Notes: generated by a model not told the origin, from the sequence alone. DNA of 64,000 nucleotides from Smithellaceae bacterium (GCA_963667845.2 CAXXVL010000002.1:768001-832000), one strand, 5' to 3'; counted from the first letter of the stretch, positions 47,161-61,888 are shown. Translations and numbers: made by a program.

Positions 47161-47784
47161 TCAATTCATCTTTTTGCCGTTATAGTAACCGTCGACTTTT
47201 TTGTCAGAATGGTTGTTTCTATTCCACTGAAGATTTCTTTCCGCCTCCTCCCGGCTCCACTCCGGTTCAAATCCAACGCGATTATCATTCCAGAACAGCT
47301 CATAGCCGACGCCGAATCCGATAAATCCATAGGCGATAAATCTGGCCATATCGAGTTTGTTTTTAGGCTGCGGGTTTTCTACGGATTTGCTGTCCGATTT
47401 TTCGATTTTGCCGGTTTGAATATTGACCATTTCGATATTCAGCATAAAAATCGTGTCTAACCTGGAATACGATCCGACAAAAACATACTGGGCGTTGATC
47501 ATTTTGCCGATTTTGACGATGGTTTTGACGTCCGTCATACCGGATGTTTGAAACCGTTGTTCGTCCGCAATCTTCTGAATGCGATTCCGGTCGAGCACGT
47601 TGAACTTTCCGGTTTTGATGAGTTCGCTGCGGAAGAAATCAGCCAGAATATCGGCATCTTCTTTGGAGACATTTTTCGCGGAAAAATCAAGCACCGCGAC
47701 ATTGGCTTTTTCTTCGGCCTGCAAAATCCAGGCGCACGTCAGGACAATGAATGCTACCCCGATCAGAACGATTATTTTCTTCAT
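47161..47784 (-). CDS. Secreted CsgG/HfaB-like domain protein with a short C-terminal module
   Basis: Signal peptide; VAVLDF, KFNVLDRNRIQKIADEQRFQTSG, IGKMINAQYVFVGS, MVNIQTGKI. Confidence 0.7.
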   Translation of the reverse strand: MKKIIVLIGVAFIVLTCAWILQAEEKANVAVLDFSAKNVSKEDADILADFFRSELIKTGKFNVLDRNRIQKIADEQRFQTSGMTDVKTIVKIGKMINAQYVFVGSYSRLDTIFMLNIEMVNIQTGKIEKSDSKSVENPQPKNKLDMARFIAYGFIGFGVGYELFWNDNRVGFEPEWSREEAERNLQWNRNNHSDKKVDGYYNGKKMN

Positions 47785-47953
47785 TTCAGCCCCTTCATAA
47801 ACGTTTATTCTTTCGCATCAACGATATTCAAATCAGCATAGAACAAAGGCTTGCAACCCCTTGTTCTGGTGCAGTTCATCATAAATCCATGCAAAGGGAT
47901 TTGTTACGGAACACCTCTATCAGAAAAGTGGTCAAAACCGCAATCGGTAATCC

Positions 47954-49381
47954 TTACTTCAGTTCCATGCAGAATTTATCGATCTTTTCGGGCGGGATAA
48001 TGGGATAGTCGCCGGTATAGCAGGCCAGACAGAAACATTCTTTAGGCATGTTGGTCGCTTTGATCATGCCGTCGACGGTCAGGTAGTGGAGCGAATCCAG
48101 GCCGATGAAGTCGGCGATGGCTTTTTCGTTTTCTTTTTTGGTCGCGATCAACTCGCCCTTGGAGGAAAAGTCAATGCCGTAAGGACAGGGAAACAGCGTG
48201 GGTGGACAGCTGATGACCATATGGAGTTCTTTGATGCCGATTCCCTGCAGATGCTTCACGCGGTTACGGCTCGTGGTGCCGCGGATGATGGAATCCTCGA
48301 CAATCATGACTTTCTTGCCTTCCAAGAGAGGTTTGACCGGGTTGAGCTTAACGCGCACGGCAAAATCGCGCATGGGCTGGGTGGGTTGAATGAAGGTACG
48401 GCCGACATAATGGTTGCGGATCATCCCCATTTCAAAAGGGATACCGCTCTCTTCGGCATAACCCAATGCTGCGTAATTTCCGGAATCCGGAAAGGGCATC
48501 ACAATATCCACATCCGGGCGGTATTCCCGAGCCAGTTCCTGGCCGAGTCGCTTGCGGCAGAGATACACATTCTGACCGAATATCTGGCTGTCGGGACGGG
48601 AAAAATAAATCAGCTCAAAGATGCAGTGGCAATGCTTCACCGGCTGAAAAGGCTTCAGGCTTTTATAACCATGGGCGTCAATGATAATGATTTCTCCCGG
48701 CTCAACATCGCGGATATACTCGGCGCCCACCAGATCGAAAGCACAGGTTTCGGACGCAACCACCCACCCGCCGTTCAGCTTGCCCAACGCCAACGGCCGG
48801 AAACCTCGCGGATCACGGGCCGCGATCACTTTGTCTCGGGTCAACATGACCAGGCTGTAGGCACCTTCGACTTTTTTCAGGGCAATCGAAAGGGCTTCTT
48901 CCAATCCTTTTTTTAAATGCGGCGCCATTAAATGAATGATGACTTCACTGTCCATCGTTGATTGAAAAATCGAACCGTTGTTTTCCAGTTCCACCCTCAG
49001 CTGCTGGGCATTGACAATATTGCCGTTGTGCGCCAGGGCGTAATACTCTTCGCCAACGTGAACCAGGAAAGGCTGGGCGTTGGAAATTGTGGAGGAGCCG
49101 GTAGTGGAATAACGCACATGCCCGATCGCCAGGGAGCCGACAAGCTTCTGCAGCGTCGATTCCTTAAACACGTTCGAGGCCAGCCCCATGCCTTTGTGCT
49201 CCATCACCTGACAGCCGTCGGAGCTGACAATACCTGCGGATTCCTGCCCGCGGTGCTGCAGGGCAAAAAGGCCGAAGAAGGCAACACGCGCGGCTTCTTC
49301 ATGGCCATAAATGGCAAATACACCGCACTCTTCCCGCGGACGGCCGGATTCATTTTGGGTGTCATCAAATAGTGATATCAT
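47954..49381 (-). CDS. purF: Amidophosphoribosyltransferase (propeptide and Fe-S type)
   Basis: EECGVF, LQHRGQESAG, GHVRYST, EDSIIRGTT, CPYGID, CLACYTG. Confidence 0.97.
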   Translation of the reverse strand: MISLFDDTQNESGRPREECGVFAIYGHEEAARVAFFGLFALQHRGQESAGIVSSDGCQVMEHKGMGLASNVFKESTLQKLVGSLAIGHVRYSTTGSSTISNAQPFLVHVGEEYYALAHNGNIVNAQQLRVELENNGSIFQSTMDSEVIIHLMAPHLKKGLEEALSIALKKVEGAYSLVMLTRDKVIAARDPRGFRPLALGKLNGGWVVASETCAFDLVGAEYIRDVEPGEIIIIDAHGYKSLKPFQPVKHCHCIFELIYFSRPDSQIFGQNVYLCRKRLGQELAREYRPDVDIVMPFPDSGNYAALGYAEESGIPFEMGMIRNHYVGRTFIQPTQPMRDFAVRVKLNPVKPLLEGKKVMIVEDSIIRGTTSRNRVKHLQGIGIKELHMVISCPPTLFPCPYGIDFSSKGELIATKKENEKAIADFIGLDSLHYLTVDGMIKATNMPKECFCLACYTGDYPIIPPEKIDKFCMELK

Positions 49382-49396
49382 AATATGTTTTTCCCT

Positions 49397-49440
49397 TGTT
49401 GGGGTCGGTCGCGTGACCTTCAGGTCATGGAAACCATTCC

Positions 49441-49444
<4 letters not shown>
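49397..49444. repeat. REP-like palindrome variant overlapping the carB stop codon
   Basis: tgttggggtcggtcgcg...accattccctac shares its ends with the 34901 element; internal gtgacc-ttca-ggtcat hairpin. Confidence 0.45.
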
Positions 49445-52647
<3,203 letters not shown>

Positions 52648-52684
52648 TTCTTTTTTACCAATTTCTTTTCTTTATCTCATTGAC

Positions 52685-52805
52685 GGCGATGTACTGGCTC
52701 GCTGTGTTGCGAATGGGAGCTTTTTCCGGGAACTCTGCCTGCGAAACGAAACGTCCGCCGGGTCGGAAAAAGATTCTGAGCAACGCTGTGCGCCAGTAGA
52801 TCGCC
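52685..52805. repeat. About 120-bp imperfect palindromic element between guaA and carB
   Basis: ggcgatgtactggctcgctgtgttgc pairs with gcaacgctgtgcgccagtagatcgcc (21/26); inner ctttttccg / cggaaaaag. Confidence 0.65.
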
Positions 52806-52813
52806 ACCTTCCC

Positions 52814-54343
52814 TTATTCCCACTCAATCGTGCTGGGCGGTTTGGAACTGATATCGTAAACCACGCGGTTGATGCCCCGTACTTCATTAATGATGCGTGT
52901 CGAGATGCGCGCGAGCAATTCCTGCGGCAGTCTCGCCCAGTCCGCAGTCATCGCATCGTCACTCGTCACGGCGCGGATCGCAACGATATTTTCATAGGTC
53001 CGCTGGTCGCCCATGATGCCTACGCTTTTCAGCGGCAGCAGGACGGCGAACGACTGCCACAACTTGTAATAGAGATTCGCGGCACGGATTTCTTCAAGCA
53101 GGATCGTATCCGCCTTACGCAGCACCGACAGCCGCTGGGCGCTGACGTCTCCGATAATCCGGATGGCCAGGCCGGGGCCGGGAAACGGCTGCCGCCATAC
53201 GACATCGTCGGCCAATCCCAGTTCTTTCCCCAGTAGACGCACTTCATCTTTAAATAAGTGCTTCAGCGGCTCCACCAATTTTAAATTCATCTTTTTGGGC
53301 AGACCGCCGACATTATGATGCGACTTGATCACCGCGCTGGGACCGCCGAAGGCGGAGCGCGACTCGATCAGATCGGGATATAAAGTTCCCTGCGCCAGAA
53401 ATTTAACATTCTTAATTTTGCGGGCTTCCGCGTCAAACACTTCGATAAAGGTGCGACCGATGATTTTGCGTTTCCTCTCCGGATCGGTGACGCCTTTTAA
53501 TTTTTTCAGAAACAGTTTTCCCGAGCGGGCAAAATGCAGGTTGATCTGAAGATTCTTTTTAAACATATCGATGACGCGTTCGGCCTCGTTAGCCCTGAGC
53601 ACGCCGTTGTCCACAAACACGCAGGTCAATTGCTTGCCGATGGCCCTGTGGAGTAGAACAGCCGCTACCGACGAATCGACACCGCCGGAGAGTCCCAGAA
53701 TAACTTTTTCCTTACCCACCTGCTGCCTGATTTCTTCTATGGCATGGTTCACGAAAGATTTCATCGACCAGGATTTCCGGCAATGGCAAACACCGAACAG
53801 GAAGTTCGCCAGTATTTTCTTACCGGCCTGGGTATGAACAACTTCAGGGTGAAACTGCAGCCCGTAAAGACTTCGCCTTTCATCTTCAGCCGCCGCAACC
53901 GGAGTATTGGACGTGGATGCGGTAATGGTAAATCCTTCCGGCAGTGTGCCGATCGAATCGCCGTGACTCATCCAGCACTGCGTCTTTTTTCCCACGCCGG
54001 AAAAGATACCTTTTTGCTTTTTGACGAGAAGTTCCGCAAATCCATATTCCCGTTTGGTCGAACCGATAACTTTGCCACCCAGGGAATCCACCATGTATTG
54101 CAGACCATAACAGATACCCAGAATCGGTACACCTAATCCAAAGATCTTACGGTCGACACGCGGTGCGCCTTTGGAATAAATACTGGCCGGACCGCCGGAG
54201 AGAATGATTCCCTCGGGTTTGAGCGCTTTGATGCTCTTAAGCGGAATATCAGGGGGTTCAATTTGACAGTAAACATGGTTTTCCCGCACGCGCCGGGCGA
54301 TGAGCTGGTTGTATTGGGAACCGAAATCAATAATCAGAATCAC
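52814..54343 (-). CDS. guaA: GMP synthase (glutamine-hydrolysing)
   Basis: [44 protein letters not shown]. Confidence 0.98.
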   Translation of the reverse strand: MILIIDFGSQYNQLIARRVRENHVYCQIEPPDIPLKSIKALKPEGIILSGGPASIYSKGAPRVDRKIFGLGVPILGICYGLQYMVDSLGGKVIGSTKREYGFAELLVKKQKGIFSGVGKKTQCWMSHGDSIGTLPEGFTITASTSNTPVAAAEDERRSLYGLQFHPEVVHTQAGKKILANFLFGVCHCRKSWSMKSFVNHAIEEIRQQVGKEKVILGLSGGVDSSVAAVLLHRAIGKQLTCVFVDNGVLRANEAERVIDMFKKNLQINLHFARSGKLFLKKLKGVTDPERKRKIIGRTFIEVFDAEARKIKNVKFLAQGTLYPDLIESRSAFGGPSAVIKSHHNVGGLPKKMNLKLVEPLKHLFKDEVRLLGKELGLADDVVWRQPFPGPGLAIRIIGDVSAQRLSVLRKADTILLEEIRAANLYYKLWQSFAVLLPLKSVGIMGDQRTYENIVAIRAVTSDDAMTADWARLPQELLARISTRIINEVRGINRVVYDISSKPPSTIEWE

Positions 54344-54344
54344 G

Positions 54345-55481
54345 TCATTTTCCCCTTTTCTTTTTCATCATTTCAACAAACTGAGAAAACAAATATTCCG
54401 TATCGCGCGGCCCCGGCGCAGCTTCTGGATGGTACTGTACGCTCATCGTTCCGGACAGCCTCATACCTTCGGAGGTCGCGTCATTTAAATTTGTAAAAGA
54501 TTTATCGGCTTTGCTCTCGATAGATTCCGGAACGACGACAAACCCATGATTTTGAGATGTGATTTCGATTCTGCCTGTTTCCAGGTTTTTGACCGGCTGG
54601 TTGATGCCATGATGGCCGAATTTCAGTTTGGAGGTATAGCCGCCGATGGCCTGACCGATAATCTGATGACCCAGGCAAATACCAAAGACCGGGGTCCGTT
54701 CCATGACCGTTTGCGCCGCTTCTACGATATAGGGGAGCGCCGCCGGATCACCGGGACCATTGGAGAGCAATACGCCATCCGGCTGGTAGGACATGATCTC
54801 GCCCCCGGAAGCTGTCGCCGGCACGACCACCACTTCGCAGCCGTTCTTTTCCAGAAGTCTTAAAATGTTATATTTAACACCGCAGTCCAGAACAACGACC
54901 CGCAATTTTTTGGCTGGTTTCTTAGCGGGAATCTTGCTTCGGGAAGGTGCGCCTTTTTTCCAGAGATAGGGTTTTGAACAGGAAACTTCGCGGACAAGGT
55001 CCCGCCCGATCAGACCCGGGTACACCCTGACTTTTTCCAGCAGTTCTGCGATATTTTTTATCTCGGTCGAAATAATACCCTTCATGGCGCCGGACAGGCG
55101 CAGGCGACGTGTCAGCGCGCGCGTATCGATGCCTTCCAAACCGATTTTTCCGGAATCTTCCAGGAAGGATTTCAGACTTTTCGTCATCCGCCAATTGCTG
55201 GGGTTTCCCTGATATTCTTTGACAATAAAGCCTTCGAGATGAATTGCTGCGGATTCCATATCTTCGTCATTAATGCCGTAATTACCGACGAGCGGATAAG
55301 TCATGGTGACGATCTGCCCTTTATAGGACGGATCGGTAATCACTTCCTGATACCCGGTCATCCCGGTATTGAAGACGACTTCCCCCAGTGTTATACCCGC
55401 GCCCGCAAAAGCAAAACCATTAAAGACACTGCCGTCTTCCAGGACCAACAGGGCTTTACGATCTTTTCTTAACAGGGACAT
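54345..55481 (-). CDS. carA: Carbamoyl-phosphate synthase small subunit
   Basis: [46 protein letters not shown]. Confidence 0.98.
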   Translation of the reverse strand: MSLLRKDRKALLVLEDGSVFNGFAFAGAGITLGEVVFNTGMTGYQEVITDPSYKGQIVTMTYPLVGNYGINDEDMESAAIHLEGFIVKEYQGNPSNWRMTKSLKSFLEDSGKIGLEGIDTRALTRRLRLSGAMKGIISTEIKNIAELLEKVRVYPGLIGRDLVREVSCSKPYLWKKGAPSRSKIPAKKPAKKLRVVVLDCGVKYNILRLLEKNGCEVVVVPATASGGEIMSYQPDGVLLSNGPGDPAALPYIVEAAQTVMERTPVFGICLGHQIIGQAIGGYTSKLKFGHHGINQPVKNLETGRIEITSQNHGFVVVPESIESKADKSFTNLNDATSEGMRLSGTMSVQYHPEAAPGPRDTEYLFSQFVEMMKKKRGK

Positions 55482-55651
55482 TTAATTTTCTTCTCCAACA
55501 GCAAATACTTAGGGGCTTTTACCAGACCAATCGATCATTTCCGGAAATCAAGGGACCGCATTAGCGGTTTGGAACATTCTTAATCTTTTTCCATCTTGAA
55601 GGCAGAGGCTTCTATCTCGTTTTCCTATTCTCGTCAATCAATAAACATCTG

Positions 55652-55683
55652 AACGTCGGGAACGGACATCCGTTCCCGACGTT
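55652..55683. terminator. Hairpin directly downstream of glutamine synthetase (REP-like or terminator)
   Basis: aacgtcgggaacgga-ca-tccgttcccgacgtt. Confidence 0.7.
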
Positions 55684-55690
55684 TGTTAAA

Positions 55691-57862
55691 TCAGCAGATA
55701 AACAGCATCTCCCAGAACTTCGGCAGAGGCCAGGTTTCATCTTCAACAAGATTTTCCAAAGCATCCACGTATTCTCGAAGTTCGTCCATCTTCGGCTTGA
55801 CTTTGGAGCAGAGAGTTTCCGCTTTTTTCGCTTCGTCATGAATGGCATTGGCTGCGTCAACCTTGGACAGAATTTCCTTATTGATCGAATAAATATTATT
55901 GACCAGGTCAACAACTTTCTTCAAAATTTCCGCTTCGGCCGAAACAACCGCCGCCGTGCCCAGCACCTCTTTTGTGGCGATAATTGTTTTGGCTATCGTC
56001 TTTTGATAGGCGATTGCCGCCGGAATCACCTGGTTTAAGCAGATATTGCTGAGGCATTTAACTTCAATTTCCAGATCCTTGATATATTTTTCCAGGTAAA
56101 TAATATAACGGGAATTCAGTTCCACTTTTGACAGAACCTGATATTTTTCAAAAAGATTCAAAGCCTTATCAGTTACGAGCGCCTTCAGAGCCACAGGCGT
56201 TGTCTTATTATTCGGCAGACCTCTTTTGCCGGCTTCGGCCTCCCATTCGCTTGTGTAGTTATCCCCGTTGAAAAGAATTCTCTTGATATCTTTGATCTCG
56301 CTTTTCAAAACTTCAAACACTGCCTGATTAATATTTTTGGATTCCTTGGCTTTAATTTTTTCCGCCAGATAATCAAGGCTTTCCGCAACGATGGTATTGA
56401 TGACCGCTGCCGGGAATGAAATGGACTGCGATGAACCCACAGCGCGGAATTCAAATTTATTGCCGGTAAAAGCAAAAGGCGACGTCCTGTTGCGGTCGGT
56501 ATTGTCTTTGCTGACCTGAGGTAAAGCGGAAATACCCAGATCGATAATTTCGGCGTTTGTTGCTTTGGTTACCGTGCCTTTCTCGATGCAGGAAAGAATG
56601 TCCGTCAGCTGCTCCCCGAGGAAAATGGAGATAATCGCCGGCGGGGCTTCGTTGGCGCCGAGTCTGTGATCATTGGCATAAGAAGCAACGGAGGCGCGCA
56701 AGACATCAGCATGTTTATAGACGGCGCGCACCGTGGCGATCAGGAACACCAGAAACTGAATATTATCCTGCGGCGTCTTGCCGGGATTCAAGAGATTGTT
56801 GCCGTTGTTATCGGAAAGCGACCAGTTGACATGCTTCCCTGAACCATTTATTTTCGCAAAGGGCTTTTCGTGGAGCAGGCAGGCCAGATTATGTTTTTTA
56901 GCAACAGACTTCATGGTGTCCATAACGATCTGGTTATGATCCACTGCCAGATTGGCTTCTTCATACACAGGAGCCAGTTCGAACTGGGAAGGCGCCACTT
57001 CGTTGTGCCTCGTCTTGGCCGGAACGCCCAGCTTGAAAAGCTCTTCTTCCATATCGTGCATGTAGGACGAAATTCGCTCCTTGATGCTGCCGAAATACTG
57101 ATCTTCCAGTTCCTGTCCTTTGGCCGGTGGAGCACCGACAACCGCTCTACCGCCTAAAACGAGATCCTGCCGTTTGAAAAAATAATCCATATCAATCAGA
57201 AAATATTCCTGCTCGGGTCCCAAATTCGAGTAAACCTTTTTGACATTCTTGGTACCCAGGAGCTTCAGCATATTCACGGCACTTTTGCTGACTGCACGGT
57301 CCGAGCGCAAGAGCGGGGTCTTCTTATCCAGCGCTTCACCGGTATAAGAAATAAAAGCGGTCGGAATACACAGGGTTGTGGAAATGCCGTTTCTTTTAAT
57401 GAAGGCCGGCGATGACATATCCCAGGCCGTATAGCCTCTGGCTTCGAAAGTTGCCCGAATGCCGCCGGACGGGAAGCTTGATGCGTCCGGCTCCCCCTGA
57501 ACCAGCTGCTTACCGGAAAATCTCTCCACGACTTCGCCAATGCCTGACGGATCAGCAAACGCATCGTGCTTTTCGGCGGTGATGCCGGTCATGGGCTGAA
57601 ACCAGTGGGCAAAATGCGTCGCGCCTTTTTCGATGGCCCATTCCTTCATGGCATGCGCAACGATGTTGGCTGTTTCGGCATCCAGCATTTTATCTTCATT
57701 CATGGCTTCCATTAATTTCTTAAAGGTATCTTTGGGAAGCTTTTCTTTCATGACCCGGTGATTGAAGGTATCCTCCCCGAAATACTCCGACACGGGAACG
57801 AACTTTTCTTTTTCGATAACGTATTGTCTTTCCGCCGCAAGAGTTGGTCCTGTTTGTTTCAT
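55691..57862 (-). CDS. glnN: Glutamine synthetase type III
   Basis: HWFQPMTG.TAEKHD, GEPDASSFPSGGIRATFEARGYTAWD, RLGANEAPPAIIS, DRNRTSPFAFTGNKFEFR; 723 aa. Confidence 0.95.
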   Translation of the reverse strand: MKQTGPTLAAERQYVIEKEKFVPVSEYFGEDTFNHRVMKEKLPKDTFKKLMEAMNEDKMLDAETANIVAHAMKEWAIEKGATHFAHWFQPMTGITAEKHDAFADPSGIGEVVERFSGKQLVQGEPDASSFPSGGIRATFEARGYTAWDMSSPAFIKRNGISTTLCIPTAFISYTGEALDKKTPLLRSDRAVSKSAVNMLKLLGTKNVKKVYSNLGPEQEYFLIDMDYFFKRQDLVLGGRAVVGAPPAKGQELEDQYFGSIKERISSYMHDMEEELFKLGVPAKTRHNEVAPSQFELAPVYEEANLAVDHNQIVMDTMKSVAKKHNLACLLHEKPFAKINGSGKHVNWSLSDNNGNNLLNPGKTPQDNIQFLVFLIATVRAVYKHADVLRASVASYANDHRLGANEAPPAIISIFLGEQLTDILSCIEKGTVTKATNAEIIDLGISALPQVSKDNTDRNRTSPFAFTGNKFEFRAVGSSQSISFPAAVINTIVAESLDYLAEKIKAKESKNINQAVFEVLKSEIKDIKRILFNGDNYTSEWEAEAGKRGLPNNKTTPVALKALVTDKALNLFEKYQVLSKVELNSRYIIYLEKYIKDLEIEVKCLSNICLNQVIPAAIAYQKTIAKTIIATKEVLGTAAVVSAEAEILKKVVDLVNNIYSINKEILSKVDAANAIHDEAKKAETLCSKVKPKMDELREYVDALENLVEDETWPLPKFWEMLFIC

Positions 57863-57895
57863 AATTTATCCATCCTTCTTTAATAAAATAAGTGT

Positions 57896-60232
57896 TTATT
57901 CTAAAGGTGTATTCCCCACGATTTCCCAAACGCCGGTGGGACAGGCTCCGGCGCAGAAACCGCAACCGATGCAAAGTTCACTGTCCACGATATATTCAAA
58001 ACCGCCCGCCTGTGTCTGCGAGCGGGAAATTGCTTTTTGCGGACAGATCTCCTCGCACATTCCGCAGTCCCGGCAGGCGCCGCAGGACGCACAATTTGTC
58101 GCGCAGGATGCCGTATCGGCAAACTCGCCTACCCGGGGATCGAAATACTGCAATTTTATCCGTTCATATTTAATGGCTGGCAACTTGTCATACGTTTGGT
58201 CCTCTCCTCTCAGGAGATCATTAATCGCCCGCGCGGCAATGCGCCCCGCCCCGATGGCGTCCGTTAACAGTCCGGGACGGACGGCGTCGCCGATCGCGTA
58301 AACCTGAGGATCGCTCGTGGCAAATGTTTCATCCACCACGATAAACCCCCTTTCGGTCTCAATGGCCTCCGGCAGAAAGGATAAATCCGGCACATCGCCC
58401 ACAGCGACGATCACCGTATCCGCCGGCAGCAGATCACCATCGGTCAGTTCCACGCCTTTATCCGTAACGGCTTTCGTAAAACGCGGCCATAAGAATTTCG
58501 CTCCTGCCGCCTCGGCATGCTGGCGCTCAACACCGAAGGAGGCGGGCGCCTGAACATCGATGAGCGTTACACTCTTTGCGCCCAGACGGAAAGCTTCCGT
58601 TGCCGCATCACAGCCGACATTGCCCGCGCCGATGACGACCACTTTTTCACCAACTTTTGCACGATCACATTTGCATTGCTGAAGAAACTCCAATGCGGTG
58701 AGAGTTTTTCCGATACCGGGGATATTCAATTTACGCGCTTTAGCCGCCCCCACCGCAACCACAATATAATCATTCTTAGTTTTAAGCTCTGAAAATTGAT
58801 CCTTCGTTAAGGGCTTGCCCAGATGCACCTGATGAATATTTCCGGCCAGTCTCTTGATCTCATGTTCGACAACCTCGTCGGGAATCCTGCTTTTCGGAAT
58901 CGAATCGGTTATCTTGCCGCCCAACTGCTTCTTACTTTCCAGGATCGCAACCTCATGACCTTTCAGCCACAGTTGCCACGCTACGGACAGCCCAGAGGCC
59001 CCGCCGCCGATGACGACGACTTTCTGACCGGTTTCCGGCTGACGCGCCGGTTCCTTCGCCAAAAGAGACGCTTTGCCCAGCAGTTTAACATCGACCGCCT
59101 GAAGGCTCACCAGCGATCGTGTACAGTTTTGCATACAGAGGTTAGGACAGAGATAGCCGCAGACGGTCGCCGGAAACGGCGTATATTCCAGAGCCAGGTT
59201 CACCGCTTCATCGAGTTTACCCTGACGGATGAGTTCCCATCGTTTCTGGACAGGAATTCCCGTCGGACAGGCTGCCTGACAGGGCGGTAGATATTTCTCA
59301 TTGGCCCAGACGGGGATAAAACGCCGCAAATCGCCTGTTGTGAGAAGACCGATCGGTGACCGGTCCAGATTGGACAGATCGCCGATAACGCCGCCTTTGC
59401 CCAGTTCGCCTTCCCAGATTTCCTTGCGGTATTTCGCCATCGGACGCACGGCGCGCGCCAGTTTCTCCGAAGGCTTGCGCGCCACCAGCAGCTGCCATTC
59501 TTCACGATGCGAAGCCAGTTGATCAAATAAATAGTGCTTGCCGATGGCCTGCAAAAAGCGGTTCATGTTTTCCTGCAACCATTGCCATTCGTCTTCGGGC
59601 AAGTCGGTGAGCAATTTCGCGTCGGCCTTGCTGTAAGCCTCCTGATGGCCGCGGAAGAAAATTTTCCCTCCCACCATGCCGACACAGGGACGGTAACTCA
59701 AAATATTCTTTTCTTCTTCGGCGCCCGCGCCGCAGACAACGGCAATGCCGCCGGCCATGAATTCAGCGAACGAATCTCCCACCTTGCCGAACACCCAGAG
59801 CTCCGGAGGTTCGAAGCGGGGGTTGTGCTTGGTCATGGTCATTCCACGCGCGCCGATGTCGCCGTCAATATACACTCTGCCCTGTGCCATGGCGTTGGCC
59901 ACACCATTGGTCGCATTGCCGTGCACAATGATTTGCGCGCCGGCGTTCAGCCAGCCGACATCATCGGATGCCGGGCCGAACGCTTCAACGACTGTATTGG
60001 CAAACCCCATCGAGCCCAGACGTTGGCCGGATGTTCCCAATACGTTAACTTTGACCGGCTGATTTCCGGACCGCCACAGGCGACCACCAATGCCATGTTG
60101 ACCAAAAGCGGTCACTTCTATTTGACGGAATCCTTCTTGAACGGCCTTTTGAATGCGTTCTTCCAGAATCCGCGAATCGATGCGAAGATTGTTTTCCACG
60201 CCGTTGATTTTAATTGAATCTTTTTTTGTCAT
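57896..60232 (-). CDS. Glutamate synthase GXGXG (GltB3) domain fused to a GltD-like FAD/NAD(P)H oxidoreductase and a ferredoxin domain
   Basis: GQHGIGG, AEFMAGG, PCQAACP, CGYLCPNLC, IGGGASG, IGAGNVG, CIGCGFCAGACP. Confidence 0.88.
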   Translation of the reverse strand: MTKKDSIKINGVENNLRIDSRILEERIQKAVQEGFRQIEVTAFGQHGIGGRLWRSGNQPVKVNVLGTSGQRLGSMGFANTVVEAFGPASDDVGWLNAGAQIIVHGNATNGVANAMAQGRVYIDGDIGARGMTMTKHNPRFEPPELWVFGKVGDSFAEFMAGGIAVVCGAGAEEEKNILSYRPCVGMVGGKIFFRGHQEAYSKADAKLLTDLPEDEWQWLQENMNRFLQAIGKHYLFDQLASHREEWQLLVARKPSEKLARAVRPMAKYRKEIWEGELGKGGVIGDLSNLDRSPIGLLTTGDLRRFIPVWANEKYLPPCQAACPTGIPVQKRWELIRQGKLDEAVNLALEYTPFPATVCGYLCPNLCMQNCTRSLVSLQAVDVKLLGKASLLAKEPARQPETGQKVVVIGGGASGLSVAWQLWLKGHEVAILESKKQLGGKITDSIPKSRIPDEVVEHEIKRLAGNIHQVHLGKPLTKDQFSELKTKNDYIVVAVGAAKARKLNIPGIGKTLTALEFLQQCKCDRAKVGEKVVVIGAGNVGCDAATEAFRLGAKSVTLIDVQAPASFGVERQHAEAAGAKFLWPRFTKAVTDKGVELTDGDLLPADTVIVAVGDVPDLSFLPEAIETERGFIVVDETFATSDPQVYAIGDAVRPGLLTDAIGAGRIAARAINDLLRGEDQTYDKLPAIKYERIKLQYFDPRVGEFADTASCATNCASCGACRDCGMCEEICPQKAISRSQTQAGGFEYIVDSELCIGCGFCAGACPTGVWEIVGNTPLE

Positions 60233-60253
60233 GGTGTTTCCCTGATTCCCGCT

Positions 60254-61888
60254 TTACAAAACGTATTTGATTTTTAATCGCTCGGCTGCATCGGCATCAT
60301 TAATCCCCAGTGCATCCGACATACCGATCGGCAGCGACGTGGAGCGCCCCAGCGGTGCGACAATTTTCTTCAATTCCGTGTCAAACGTTAAATACATATC
60401 CACGACTCTCTGGGCAACCTTTTCCGGGTCCAGACGGCGATCAAGCCGCGGATCCTGCGAGGTGATGCCCTTGGGGCATAATCCGATATTACACACATTG
60501 CACCGGTCGGCTTCCGAACCCAGACAGCCGGCGGCGGCCTGCATGACATATTTCCCCGTCTGCACACCGCTTGCGCCCAGCATGATCAAAGCGGCGGCGT
60601 TGGCGGCCAGATTGCCGTTTTTGCCGACGCCGCCGCCGGCGAAGAGGGGAATCTCGTTTTGTTTGCCCAGTTTGACCAGGGTCAAATATGCATCGCGCAC
60701 ATTGCTGGCGATGGGATGACCCATGTGATCCATGGATACGTTGTAAGCCGCGCCCGTTCCTCCGTCTTCACCATCGATCGCCAGACCTGCGGCATACGGA
60801 TTCCGGGTCAAATTATTAAGGACGGCCATCGCCGTGCTGGTCGCGGATATTTTTGGATACACCGGCACGCGGAATCCCCAGGCCATGGACATGGACTGGA
60901 TCATCTTGGCCACCGCTTCTTCAATCGAATACTTGGTCTGATGCGTGGGCGGACTGGGCAGACTGATGCCTTGCGGCACGCCGCGAATCGCGGCAATCAG
61001 CTTATTGACTTTATACCACATCAGAAGTCCGCCGTCTCCGGGCTTGGCGCCCTGGCCATATTTAATTTCAATCGCACACGGATCTTCCTTCATCTCGGGC
61101 AGATTATGAATAATTTCATCCCAGCCAAAATAGCCGCTGGCGATTTGCAGAATCACGTATTTCAGGAAACGCGATTTTAACAGCCGCGGAGGACAACCGC
61201 CTTCTCCGGTACAAATCCGCACCGGCATACCCAGCTCTTCATTCAGATAGGCCACACCCATTTGGAGGCCTTCCCACATGTTCGGCGACAGCGCGCCAAA
61301 CGACATGCTGCCGATAACGAGCGGATAAATTTCGCGAACCGGCGGCATCCAGCCTTCTTCCCGGTTGACTTTCAGCATCTCTTCCGGCGGCAGCACCCTG
61401 CCCAGCAGCGTGCGCAGTTCAAATTCGTGTCGTCCGGCATCAAGCGCCGGGTCGGTCAGCATCGAAATACGGACAAACTTGATTTTATCGAGGACACTAT
61501 CCGGATTATTCCGGCGGCCACCGCGCCGACGCGGCTCTCCACCCTGATTGACATGAAAACGCAGCTTGTCAATTCCTTCGGCGTGCATCGGCGCAATCGC
61601 GCCGTTGGGGCACACCATGGTGCACATGCCGCAACCGACGCACGCGTGAGCCGGATCGGTGTGCTGGTCGATGCCGTGATAAACCGAGAAAAGGTTCCCG
61701 GGCTTCGTTCCCAGGCCAACCGGCACCTGCAGACTGCGTTTGCGATGGACACCCAGATCAATCGCACGTACCGGACAGACGGTTGTACAGCCACCGCACA
61801 ATGTACATTTTTCTTTATTCCAGAGGATCTGCCAGGGCAAGTCCTTGGTGCTTAGTGTAGATGGGGTAATGCATCCCATTGATTCCAT
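60254..61888 (-). CDS. Glutamate synthase FMN-binding subunit (GltB2) with an N-terminal ferredoxin domain
   Basis: CTLCGGCTTVCP, MSFGALS, TGEGG, QIASGYFG, EIKYGQGAKPGDGG, CPKGITSQ. Start may be 61879. Confidence 0.9.
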   Translation of the reverse strand: MESMGCITPSTLSTKDLPWQILWNKEKCTLCGGCTTVCPVRAIDLGVHRKRSLQVPVGLGTKPGNLFSVYHGIDQHTDPAHACVGCGMCTMVCPNGAIAPMHAEGIDKLRFHVNQGGEPRRRGGRRNNPDSVLDKIKFVRISMLTDPALDAGRHEFELRTLLGRVLPPEEMLKVNREEGWMPPVREIYPLVIGSMSFGALSPNMWEGLQMGVAYLNEELGMPVRICTGEGGCPPRLLKSRFLKYVILQIASGYFGWDEIIHNLPEMKEDPCAIEIKYGQGAKPGDGGLLMWYKVNKLIAAIRGVPQGISLPSPPTHQTKYSIEEAVAKMIQSMSMAWGFRVPVYPKISATSTAMAVLNNLTRNPYAAGLAIDGEDGGTGAAYNVSMDHMGHPIASNVRDAYLTLVKLGKQNEIPLFAGGGVGKNGNLAANAAALIMLGASGVQTGKYVMQAAAGCLGSEADRCNVCNIGLCPKGITSQDPRLDRRLDPEKVAQRVVDMYLTFDTELKKIVAPLGRSTSLPIGMSDALGINDADAAERLKIKYVL

